In this document: positions 8,777-16,237 of the stretch, piece by piece
Position numbering within the stretch: position 1 is the stretch's first letter
Layout: every line of letters starts with the position of its first letter
Source of the DNA: a virus
Taxonomy: Duplodnaviria; Caudoviricetes
DNA length: 53,432 bases
Strand: one strand, 5' to 3'
IMG/VR virus record: IMGVR_UViG_3300002988_000051
Span: 1 to 53,432 of that record
Made by a program: the position numbers and the translations under genes
Notes under the pieces: model-generated
Told to the model about the DNA's origin: nothing
Database searches by the model: none
Seen by the model: the letters and a program-made list of their open reading frames with translations, nothing else

Positions 8777-9666
8777 GCGGCCTCAGCCAAATCGGTGACG
8801 GCATGCTCGCGGCAAAAGCTCGATCCCCAAGCCGGACACCATTTCGCCGAGCAGAGTTTGGAGCCGGGGTTGGCGGGGAAGGCCCACGGGTCGCCCGGCT
8901 GAATGCGGAGCCGGGCGTCGCCCTCGCGAAACGTCCGAATATCGGCCTCGATGTGGGCCAGCACCGCGACGGCGGCGGTTTCGCACGCGGCGAGGTCGTA
9001 GACGACGACCAGGACGTCCGGTTGCGGCTTCTTCACGGCCACGCGCGGGATGTAGTCGATCATCGCCGACTGGACGGTCAGTCCGTGGGACCGCTGCAGG
9101 AGGCTGTACGCGCCGACCTGGGGGCCGTGATAGCCGAGATGCGTGCCGGTTTTGAGGTCGTGAAGCGCGGTCGGGGTGCGGGCGAGGATGTCGCTTTGAC
9201 CGGACACGACGACCGCGGGAGACACCATCGCCTCCAGCCGCTCCTCGATCGTCAAGGGATCGATTCCGGGGGCGATCGAAGAGCGAAAGACGCGGGCCAT
9301 GCGCGCCACCTGGATCTGTCCGTCGTTGAGGTTCGGCGTCACCCGGGCGTCGAACTCCACCCCGGCCTCGGCCTTGTCGAACTCGACGCGCAAGGCCTCG
9401 ACCGCGACCTCCTCGGTGTCGGCGACGGACGGCAAGTCTCCGCCGGTTTTCATCTTGTGGCGGAGCACTTCCGCCGACGCGGCGTGGACGGCGGTTCCGA
9501 CCGTGGCGCCGATGCCGGTACCGAGCGTCCGAATGTCGTAGCCGGCGGCACGGACATCCTCCGCGAAGATGCGGGCGGCGGCGCGGCGCGGGCAATCGGC
9601 GTAGTTCGACAGCGACGAGGCGCGGATGGTGGTGATCGCCGACGCGGGCGTGATCGTGTCCATCAC
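8773..9666 (-). CDS. PD-(D/E)XK (RecB/Cas4-like) exonuclease, probable RecT partner
   Basis: IRASSLSNYADCPR, GQSD, LHDLKTG, QVGAY and three C-terminal Cys (LCSAKWCPAWGSSFC), consistent with an Fe-S staple. Confidence 0.85.
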   Translation of the reverse strand: MMDTITPASAITTIRASSLSNYADCPRRAAARIFAEDVRAAGYDIRTLGTGIGATVGTAVHAASAEVLRHKMKTGGDLPSVADTEEVAVEALRVEFDKAEAGVEFDARVTPNLNDGQIQVARMARVFRSSIAPGIDPLTIEERLEAMVSPAVVVSGQSDILARTPTALHDLKTGTHLGYHGPQVGAYSLLQRSHGLTVQSAMIDYIPRVAVKKPQPDVLVVVYDLAACETAAVAVLAHIEADIRTFREGDARLRIQPGDPWAFPANPGSKLCSAKWCPAWGSSFCREHAVTDLAEAA

Positions 9667-10325
9667 ACGGCCTCCGCCAAGTCGGCGCCCGCGCCGTTCG
9701 CGGGGGCGACCGGGGCGGTATCGCGCGAACGGCGTTTGATCTCCTTATGGATCGCCATGCACGCGATCACGTCGAACATCGCGTTGTGGGCGCCGGTCAT
9801 CTCCCGGCCCAACAAACCGACGTGCGCCTCGGCCAAGTTCGGAGCCTTGAACGACTTACCCCGACCCGCCGCGACCATCTTCTCGGTCGCGGGCAACTTG
9901 AGGAGCGGGGTCGCGAGCCGCATCGTGCATTCCGCCGCGCCCTCCGACCAAATATCCGGGTCGAAGATCCCGGAATACCGGTGGAGAGCGATGCGAATGA
10001 TCCGGGCGTCGAAGTTCTCGTTGTGGGCGACGCGAAGATCGGCGCGGGACCAAAGGGCGATGAACGCCGCCAAGGCCACGCACTCCGGCACCCCGCCGAT
10101 GGTCGCGCGTTCCGGCGTGATGCCGGTCAGGCGCTGAACGTCCTCGGGAATGCTCCACCCGTCCGGGCGGACGATCAGATCGATGGATCCCAACTTCTTG
10201 CCGCCGTCGTCGGCCAGAAACGCCGCGACCTGGGTGAGGTGGGGCTGACAGGGATCCTCGGACGGCTCGCGCCAGAGCGGGAAGCCGGTCGTCTCCGTGT
10301 CGTAGTAGAGGGTGATCGGCATCAT
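9663..10325 (-). CDS. DEDDh (DnaQ-like) 3'-5' exonuclease
   Basis: ExoI YYDTETTG, ExoII AHNENFD, ExoIII AHNAMFD. Confidence 0.9.
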   Translation of the reverse strand: MMPITLYYDTETTGFPLWREPSEDPCQPHLTQVAAFLADDGGKKLGSIDLIVRPDGWSIPEDVQRLTGITPERATIGGVPECVALAAFIALWSRADLRVAHNENFDARIIRIALHRYSGIFDPDIWSEGAAECTMRLATPLLKLPATEKMVAAGRGKSFKAPNLAEAHVGLLGREMTGAHNAMFDVIACMAIHKEIKRRSRDTAPVAPANGAGADLAEAV

Positions 10326-10327
10326 CC

Positions 10328-10816
10328 TCACTCCTTGGGGGAGTCGAGCGCGGCGCCGAGCGCCTTTACCAGTTCGAACGCCTTTTTGCGAACGTTGGGA
10401 TCGGTGATCCGGTAGTAGGCGCGAACCATCTCCAGCGTCTCGCGCTTGGCCATGGGATCCGGCTCGTAGGCGGGCGCGACCCGCTCCGCTTCACCCCCCT
10501 CGTCGTCGTAGACGCGGGCGGTCGCCGCCTCTTCCGGCATGTCATCGAAGAAAAAGGAAACCGGAACGTCGAGGATGGTGGACAGGATCCAGAGCTTCGA
10601 CGCGGAGACGCGATTGGCGCCGCGCTCGTATTTTTGAACTTGCTGGAAGGTCAAGTTGATCGCCTCGCCCAGCTTCTCCTGGCTCATACCCAAAAGCGTG
10701 CGGCGAAGGCGGATCCGAGAACCGACATGCGCGTCGATCGGATTGGGGATGTCGAGCTTCGGACGTCCGACCCGGCGCTCGGGCGAAGTGGTGGCGGAAA
10801 CGCCGATGGCGTTCAT
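10328..10816 (-). CDS. XRE-family regulator resembling alphaproteobacterial PraR/PhrR
   Basis: PNPIDAHVGSRIRLRRTLLGMSQEKLGEAINLTFQQVQKYERGANRVSAS...VPVSFFFD and KRETLEMVRAYYRITDPNVRK; GGAG RBS before ATG 10816. Confidence 0.88.
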   Translation of the reverse strand: MNAIGVSATTSPERRVGRPKLDIPNPIDAHVGSRIRLRRTLLGMSQEKLGEAINLTFQQVQKYERGANRVSASKLWILSTILDVPVSFFFDDMPEEAATARVYDDEGGEAERVAPAYEPDPMAKRETLEMVRAYYRITDPNVRKKAFELVKALGAALDSPKE

Positions 10817-10838
10817 GTCTCGTACTCCATTTTCGCGG

Positions 10839-11352
10839 TGGTGGTTCGGGGTGCCGGGCCTCTCACCCGACTTGGCGTTCTTACGGATCACTGACCGTGC
10901 CTCCAGTGGTTCGCCGATTAGCTCCATGCCGGCTGATCGGGCCGGTGCCACGGCTGGATGCGGGAGGCCCCGCTCCTCTGCTTCGTTGACCCGAAGGCCG
11001 AATGGGCGCCCCGCTCTCACGCGGCGGGGCTTACGCCACCCGTCAACGCCATTTCCCTGCAACGGTGGACGCAAGTTCTCTACCAGTGGCGCTGCGCCGG
11101 ATCTCGGCTACTCGATCACCTCGCCGCGATACAGGGTCTTTCCCTCCCGGTCCGGCCCAACTCTCCGAAAACCGATCAACGGGTGGATCGCCTTGAACTC
11201 ATGCCCTTACGGGCGTGTCGCTTCCGCTGTCGCGTAACCGGTCCGCGGATGACCTGTTCCCGTCGCGACTTGGGCCTTCGGTTGGATCGGCTCCATCCCT
11301 TCGGCGTGCTCCATGCCGTATCCGGCAAGGCCGAATGCACCGAACTCGAAAC
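10839..11352 (-). ncRNA. Candidate large structured RNA in the early-left transcript
   Basis: ~510 nt without a credible ORF in an otherwise tightly coupled operon. Contains GNRA and cUUCGg hairpins, a T-arm-like hairpin, complementary ends and two 11-nt internal repeats. Confidence 0.5.
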
Positions 11353-11505
11353 TCAGTCCTCGCCCTCGTCGTCTTCGAGATCGCTCCGGTCGTCCTCAAC
11401 GACTTGCGAATTACGAGCGCCGCAATCAGGGCACTCGGTGTGCGTCAGGTTGGAGAGGGGGCCTTTCCAGACCACGCCTCCACCGCCGCATCGACCACAG
11501 ATCAA
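11353..11505 (-). CDS. 50-aa zinc-ribbon protein with acidic tail
   Basis: TTG start with GGGAGG RBS overlapping the upstream TGA; CGRC...CPDC. Confidence 0.6.
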   Translation of the reverse strand: MICGRCGGGGVVWKGPLSNLTHTECPDCGARNSQVVEDDRSDLEDDEGED

Positions 11506-11657
11506 TTCGCACCTCCCGCGGCTACGAAGCCGCCGACGACGATCAACGACACTCCGACGACCGCGACCACGAACGGAAACGCGCGGACGAGGGAGCGGGC
11601 GGAGAGGACGAGCGAAAGGAAGTCGGAAAACCGGATCGGTTCGTTGACGGTCCTCAT
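11502..11657 (-). CDS. 51-aa small membrane protein
   Basis: GGGAGG RBS; hydrophobic FPFVVAVVGVSLIVVGGFVAA. Confidence 0.55.
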   Translation of the reverse strand: MRTVNEPIRFSDFLSLVLSARSLVRAFPFVVAVVGVSLIVVGGFVAAGGAN

Positions 11658-11675
11658 GTTCGCCTCCCATGATTT

Positions 11676-11755
11676 GAAAAGTCCCGCCGGAACCGGTGTG
11701 TTTGAACGAACGGAACCGGCGGGAGAGTTGTCCGCCTCCAGGGGAGGGGGCGGAC
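11676..11755 (-). other. C-rich-loop hairpin + AACT linker + terminator-like hairpin (cuckoo/alpha-r14-like module)
   Basis: GTCCGCC-CCCTCCCCTGGA-GGCGGAC (11755-11730), AACT, then TCCCGCCGG...CCGGCGGGA and CTTTT. Confidence 0.5.
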
Positions 11756-11772
11756 GTGGACGGGGTTTGTGA

Positions 11773-12237
11773 TCAAGCCGCGGCCAAACCGCGCCAGTGC
11801 GCGGACACGGCGCGCTCGTAGCTCGGGTTCTCGGCGACGGCCTCACGCCAAATCCTCACCCGCCGAACGGCGTCGGTGTGGTCGCGGCGGGCGCGGCGCA
11901 GTTCACGAAGGCAGTGGGGGATGTCGAAATACGTGGAGCCCCAGCCGTTGTGCAACCAGAGACGGCTTTCGCCCGACGCGCGGATCTCGCGGATCGCGTT
12001 AATTTCCCAACGGGCGTCGGCGAGAGAGGACCGCGCGTCGCGTTCGGCGCGCTCCAGCATCTCCTCGGCGATCTTTCCGGCGTCGGCGGCGGTGATCGGG
12101 TGTTTCTCGCGAGCGATCGTCGCCCGCATACGGCTCGTGTCCGTCTCCCGCATCGCGTCGCGGAAGAGGACGTTCCCGAAGTCGTCGAATTGCGCGGGCG
12201 TGAGAAACTCGGACGGGGGGAAGAGGCACGCGTTCAT
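11773..12237 (-). CDS. 154-aa hypothetical protein
   Basis: GGAGGG RBS; ATGA coupling; helical composition. Confidence 0.65.
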   Translation of the reverse strand: MNACLFPPSEFLTPAQFDDFGNVLFRDAMRETDTSRMRATIAREKHPITAADAGKIAEEMLERAERDARSSLADARWEINAIREIRASGESRLWLHNGWGSTYFDIPHCLRELRRARRDHTDAVRRVRIWREAVAENPSYERAVSAHWRGLAAA

Positions 12238-12614
12238 CGGCTCAAACCCTCCCCGCCGAGGGAAGCCGAGGTCGCCGTCGAGGCGAGAGCGGAGACGAGC
12301 CAGTCATAGTCGTCGGGGATCGCACCCCGCGTCAGGCGACCACCCTCGATCATGTCAGAGAGACCGGCGCGAAGCGCGCGGCAAGCGGTGAGTTCGCCGT
12401 CGCGCGGATCCGCAACCGCCATCCCGTCAAGGGAAAGCGCGAATCTCGCGACGGCAAGCGCATCTCGAACGTGGTCGACGATTTCTCGCGGATCTTCCGA
12501 AAGGGTCTGGGACATCGCCGCCGCCAAGTGGTCGCGTACATCCGAAAGCGCCCGCCACATCGTGGAGACGGAAAGCTGAGCCTTCAGCAGTTCGGTTTCG
12601 TCGATACCCATCAT
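12234..12614 (-). CDS. Hypothetical protein, first gene after PL
   Basis: GGAGGGG RBS; protein-like composition. Confidence 0.65.
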   Translation of the reverse strand: MMGIDETELLKAQLSVSTMWRALSDVRDHLAAAMSQTLSEDPREIVDHVRDALAVARFALSLDGMAVADPRDGELTACRALRAGLSDMIEGGRLTRGAIPDDYDWLVSALASTATSASLGGEGLSR

Positions 12615-12630
12615 CCCCTCCATTCCCCGA

Positions 12631-12674
12631 AAGCCCGGCCCACGTCATTGCGCGGGACCGGGAAGTTCGGGAGG
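12631..12674 (-). terminator. PL leader hairpin (attenuator/terminator-like) preceded by CCTCCCGAACT
   Basis: CCCGGTCCCGCG-CAATGA-CGTGGGCCGGG followed by CTTT. Confidence 0.45.
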
Positions 12675-12709
12675 AAACGCGACACCGGGTGGCGTCGGCC
12701 GATGAGGGG

Positions 12710-12765
12710 ATATTCTCGCTATAACGAGAGTATGTCAATCGGAAAAATCTCGGCATAGCGAGAAT
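12710..12765 (-). promoter_or_regulatory. PL promoter with two repressor operators
   Basis: TTGACA (12738-12733)-N17-GAATAT (12715-12710); operators ATTCTCG-N6-CGAGAGT (12712-12731) and AATCTCG-N6-CGAGAAT (12746-12765). Confidence 0.8.
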
Positions 12766-12839
12766 GCTCGCGGAAGGCGTTCATGGCACCCTACCTGGGT
12801 TGCATCGATCTCGGTGCGTGCTCGGGTATGGAGGGGGTG

Positions 12840-13649
12840 ATGGGCGGTCGACGATGGACTCGCGTTGCCATTGTCGTTTTGGTGTTTGGTGTGACGCCTT
12901 TAAGCGCAACCCGCGCGTTTGAATTCAGGCACGGAGAAAGGATAATATCTATTAGAGACGTGCCTGGGTTTTGTGAAATTTCTGACGCAGATATAAGTAA
13001 AAAACTTAAGCGAAATATTCGTTCTGATGACAAAAATTTCTATTATATTGGTGGGGCATCTGTGTGCAGTGGCGCTGGTTCTGAGAACGGCGATAGGTAT
13101 TTGCTGTTTTTTGAATATAAGAACGGACAACTGGATGACGGCGGGCAATTTGATGTTTCTAGCAAAAATTATCTAGACGCCGTCAATGAAAGTTTCGTAT
13201 CTCCATTTGTCAATGGAGTAAAGTCTAAGAATAAAGGAGCAGATATAAATATTAGTTCGGACATATACAAGACAAAAAATCTCAATATTACGGATTTTTC
13301 TTTTGACTCGACGTCAGTATCTGGAACTGTTTCGACGTTATGCGCATGTCTGTATTCTTACAGCCTTCCGGGCGGCGTTGTTAGTTCGTTTTTATTTGGG
13401 AAATGTGATGGGGTCGATATTGAAAAGCTATCAAGGAGTGTTGTTGGGTCAATCACTCTAGGCAAGATTTCAATTGATAAGGAATACCGGCGACCAACTG
13501 CGATAGAAAATTCCGCTTCCAGCGCAAGACATTCTGTGTATGGAAAGGCGATTATTGGAGGATTTACGGGAGGGTTCTTTATGGTAATTATAATTATATT
13601 ACGCGTCGCAAGAACGATCTATAGAAAATACAAGCGAATTCCGTTCTGA
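12840..13649 (+). CDS. AT-rich exported protein with C-terminal membrane anchor (cargo)
   Basis: Signal-peptide-like N-terminus, several Cys, C-terminal TM followed by a basic tail; strongly AT-rich versus the flanks. Confidence 0.8.
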   Translation: MGGRRWTRVAIVVLVFGVTPLSATRAFEFRHGERIISIRDVPGFCEISDADISKKLKRNIRSDDKNFYYIGGASVCSGAGSENGDRYLLFFEYKNGQLDDGGQFDVSSKNYLDAVNESFVSPFVNGVKSKNKGADINISSDIYKTKNLNITDFSFDSTSVSGTVSTLCACLYSYSLPGGVVSSFLFGKCDGVDIEKLSRSVVGSITLGKISIDKEYRRPTAIENSASSARHSVYGKAIIGGFTGGFFMVIIIILRVARTIYRKYKRIPF

Positions 13650-13823
13650 AAATTGGGGATGCCCTTCTCAAAACCCGCGAAGACGTTGCGGAACTCAAGG
13701 GGCGGATGCCGGGGATTTGAAGGCCAGCTTCGCCAAGTCCCGACCATCTGGACGATCGCGGGCCTGGTTTTCGCGATCTTCGCCGCCGCTTTCGCGCTTC
13801 TGAGGTACGGACTTCCCCACTGA
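13646..13823 (+). pseudogene. 5'-truncated, frameshifted coiled-coil + TM gene remnant
   Basis: LKIGDALLKTREDVAELKGRMPG / FEGQLRQVPTIWTIAGLVFAIFAAAFALLRYGLPH* read in two frames; no start codon; abuts the AT-rich gene. Confidence 0.5.
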
Positions 13824-13827
13824 CCGC

Positions 13828-13885
13828 TCACTCCGCCCCGAGCGCGCGACGCGCGGCGTCCGCCAGAAACGCCGAGCGGTTGGCG
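13828..13885 (-). pseudogene. Possible C-terminal remnant of a HicB/RHH-type antitoxin
   Basis: ANRSAFLADAARRALGAE* resembles the RSAFLA.AAR..L end of HicB RHH domains; the upstream part is unrelated. Confidence 0.35.
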
Positions 13886-14054
13886 GACCCCGGCGTCTTT
13901 CTTCCCACGAGCGCGTCAGAGGGGACCTCGGGGACGAACATCGTCGAGGCGACGTTGAAAACGACTCGGGCCGGGGATACATTACTCGCGAGCGGCGCAA
14001 CGAAGATCGGCGACATGGTTGTCCAGATCGTGGCCGAACGATTGAGAGGGCTTG

Positions 14055-14303
14055 ATGAATAACCCGATCGCCCTTGAGCTTCTGCAAAACGCGGTCAGGA
14101 ACCAGATGGAGATATCGAGAGAGGTCATCGATCTCGTCGGCGCGCTGAACGCCGCCATCGAGCGCGAAAGCGATCCGGCCATCAAGGATCAGCTTACCGA
14201 GATCGCAGAGAAATTCATCGGGGTTGGGAAGAAATCCGTCACGTCGGCGCGGGACACCGGAAGGCTGGCGATTCATCTCGTTCGCGATCGAAACGCGGCA
14301 TAG
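14055..14303 (+). CDS. 82-aa helical protein (cargo)
   Basis: GAGGG RBS; amphipathic helical composition. Confidence 0.7.
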   Translation: MNNPIALELLQNAVRNQMEISREVIDLVGALNAAIERESDPAIKDQLTEIAEKFIGVGKKSVTSARDTGRLAIHLVRDRNAA

Positions 14304-14307
14304 GAAG

Positions 14308-14634
14308 ATGCCGCGCGAAGATTTGAACAACGGGTTGAACGAGCTTCGATCGCTGGCGAATAGCGTCGATTCGGAACTAAAGCCATTCGTGGGAATCGAT
14401 GTCCCGGAAATCACGAAAGCTCACAGGGCGATACGGGAAGACAACACGAGATCACGCATCACGGTAACGATCGTTTTCGCGTTCGTCGCATGCGTCGCGT
14501 CGGTGATCGTCGCCGCTTTGTTTGGAGTATCAACTCCGGAAAATCTATCAGCGGCGTCGTCCATCGTTGAGAAAACGGCCTTGCCGATCGTGACATTGGT
14601 TCTCGGGTACTATTTTGGATCGTCCAGAGGCTGA
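14308..14634 (+). CDS. 108-aa two-TM membrane protein (cargo)
   Basis: ATG 4 nt after the previous stop; two hydrophobic segments ending LVLGYYFGS. Confidence 0.75.
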   Translation: MPREDLNNGLNELRSLANSVDSELKPFVGIDVPEITKAHRAIREDNTRSRITVTIVFAFVACVASVIVAALFGVSTPENLSAASSIVEKTALPIVTLVLGYYFGSSRG

Positions 14635-14673
14635 TCTTCACTCCGGCCAGAACTCCGCATCCATGATCGCCCC

Positions 14674-14928
14674 TCAGATCCCGGCGGCTTTACGCAGCGT
14701 CTCGTCGATCCGGCTTTGCCAGCCGGGGCCGGAGGCCTTGAAATGCTCGACGACATCGCGGCTCAGACGGATGGAAACGGGTATCTTGGTCGGTATCTTT
14801 TGCGGGCCGCGCGTGCGGGGAAACGCCGCCAAAATCGCGGGCGGCAGTTCGCTCGCGGGCTTTGACCGACGAAAGTCATCATCGACCCACTCCGGGTTCT
14901 CCGCGTCGATCTTCGGTTCATCCGACAT
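14674..14928 (-). CDS. brnA: BrnA family antitoxin
   Basis: DAENPEW.DDDF, RGPQKIPTKIPVSIRLSRDVVEHFKASGPGWQSRIDETLR. Confidence 0.92.
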   Translation of the reverse strand: MSDEPKIDAENPEWVDDDFRRSKPASELPPAILAAFPRTRGPQKIPTKIPVSIRLSRDVVEHFKASGPGWQSRIDETLRKAAGI

Positions 14929-15175
14929 GGCGTTCGATCTCCCTTCGATGCGCTCTCCGCAAACTGATGGCTCTGACCCGACCGTCACGATGGGTGAAGG
15001 CCAGACAGTGATGGACGCCGGCGATCACGCCCCACGCCCGGTATCGAGTTTCGCCGTAATCCGTTCGATCGTCCTCGACGAAGGCCAAGATTTCGAGATC
15101 GACGGCCCGCGCCAGGGAAACGCCGTGTTTGGCGATGTTGGCCGCGTCTTTGGCGGGGTCGAATTCGATGTCCAT
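14918..15175 (-). CDS. brnT: BrnT family ribonuclease toxin
   Basis: IEFDPAKDAANIAKHGVSL, DYGETRYRAWG, RAISLRRA..RE; probably leaderless (TTGATC-N17-TATACA just upstream). Confidence 0.92.
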   Translation of the reverse strand: MDIEFDPAKDAANIAKHGVSLARAVDLEILAFVEDDRTDYGETRYRAWGVIAGVHHCLAFTHRDGRVRAISLRRAHRREIERHVG

Positions 15176-15653
15176 GAGAATTGTATATACGATAAAGCCG
15201 GATAGATCAAGCGGGTCGTCCCGGCGTCGCGCGCCGCGCATACCGGATTATGCGCGCCCGCGTTGTGTTACAAAAACGGAATACGCGCCGGTATTGACTC
15301 GATAGCTCAAGAGTCGTAGCGTTTTGGAGCCGCCCCGGAGACGGGCGCGGCGCGCTTGGGATCCTCTGTCCAAAGATTCCCCCAGGCACACAAGACACGC
15401 GAGGAGCCACCTCACGGCCCGATCGGCACGGAGAGGCGAACCCCCGCGATCCTCCGATCCAACGCCCGCCAACCCGCGGGTCAGAAGGAGTATGTGTGCC
15501 GTGGCCTTAAAATTTCATTCCGCTAATAGTTTTCGCGACGAAATTCGAAGCATCGGACGGCATATGCGTAACGCATGATGCCGGCGAGTTTCCATGCGCT
15601 CAACTCGCGCCGACGGTTCGACCGCGCGCGACCCGTTGCCGCAATTCCAACAC

Positions 15654-15700
15654 TTGTGGGACCAGAGTCCCAGGTGTAGGCTTGTGTTCATGAAACGTTC
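15654..15700 (+). promoter_or_regulatory. Sigma70-like promoter with alphaproteobacterial LexA (SOS) box
   Basis: TTGTGG (15654-59)-N17-TAGGCT (15677-82); GTTC-ATGAAAC-GTTC at 15686-15700 over the expected start site. Confidence 0.7.
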
Positions 15701-15715
15701 TCGGCAGAGGCCAGC

Positions 15716-15889
15716 ATGTTAAGCGAGCGCGCGTCACAGGAAATTGACAATCATGACCAAATAGACATCGATCCAGCGCTTCGTTCTTTGTGGGAACGCC
15801 TGACGCCGGCTCGAAAACTTGCGGCGTTGAAAGGCTTTGAGAAGATTGTCAAGTCTGATGGTCAGACAGGCTTTGAACAAGCAGGCTGA
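15716..15889 (+). CDS. 57-aa putative SOS-induced antirepressor (not in ORF track)
   Basis: GAGG RBS; MLSERASQEIDNHDQIDIDPALRSLWERLTPARKLAALKGFEKIVKSDGQTGFEQAG; lies behind the LexA box and resembles the repressor C-terminus. Confidence 0.65.
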   Translation: MLSERASQEIDNHDQIDIDPALRSLWERLTPARKLAALKGFEKIVKSDGQTGFEQAG

Positions 15890-16220
15890 TCGCCTCTCTC
15901 TTTTGTTCTACGGTCATGCGGTTGAATATTTTATCAGCCATCACGTCAAGTTCGGGCGTGGGGGCATCGCGACCAATTATTTCGTCGATCGTTACAGGGC
16001 GACCAAGCAGCCGTGACGCTCCGTCGGCCAGATTTTCGAGGGTTCCAATTTTGATGTTCGGAACCTTCGCCCCAGTCAACGCTTCATTCACGGAATTGTA
16101 GGAAACTCCTGACTCTTTAGTCCACACGTTGGGGTTCTTGAGGCCAAGATCTCGGTTGGCCTCGTAGAAGGCTTTCAGCCCGGCGATACGTCGCGCAAGT
16201 TCCTCAGCTTCCGTGGACAT
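15849..16220 (-). CDS. Prophage repressor (123 aa, XRE-like HTH, no S24 peptidase domain)
   Basis: Divergent from cro across three operators; HTH-like WTKESGVSYNSVNEALTG..PNIKIGTLENLA; GGAG RBS. Confidence 0.78.
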   Translation of the reverse strand: MSTEAEELARRIAGLKAFYEANRDLGLKNPNVWTKESGVSYNSVNEALTGAKVPNIKIGTLENLADGASRLLGRPVTIDEIIGRDAPTPELDVMADKIFNRMTVEQKREAISLLVQSLSDHQT

Positions 16221-16237
16221 GGGGCTATTCTCCCCAT

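Noticed and set aside
8773-9666. CRISPR-associated Cas4 / CRISPR array
   Set aside because: No repeat-spacer array or other cas genes; context next to recT indicates a recombination exonuclease.
5345-10137. Long plus-strand ORFs (422, 574, 444 aa) opposite the recombination genes
   Set aside because: Shadow frames of high-GC coding sequence; R/G/V-rich with no motifs.
10839-10930. Canonical tRNA or tmRNA gene
   Set aside because: A T-arm-like hairpin and CCA are present, but the loop is TGAGAGG rather than TTCRA and no matching 5' acceptor strand, D-arm or anticodon arm was found at tRNA spacing.
15492-15578. 28-aa ORF after AAGGAG
   Set aside because: The RBS is only 1 nt from the ATG and the peptide has no recognisable features.
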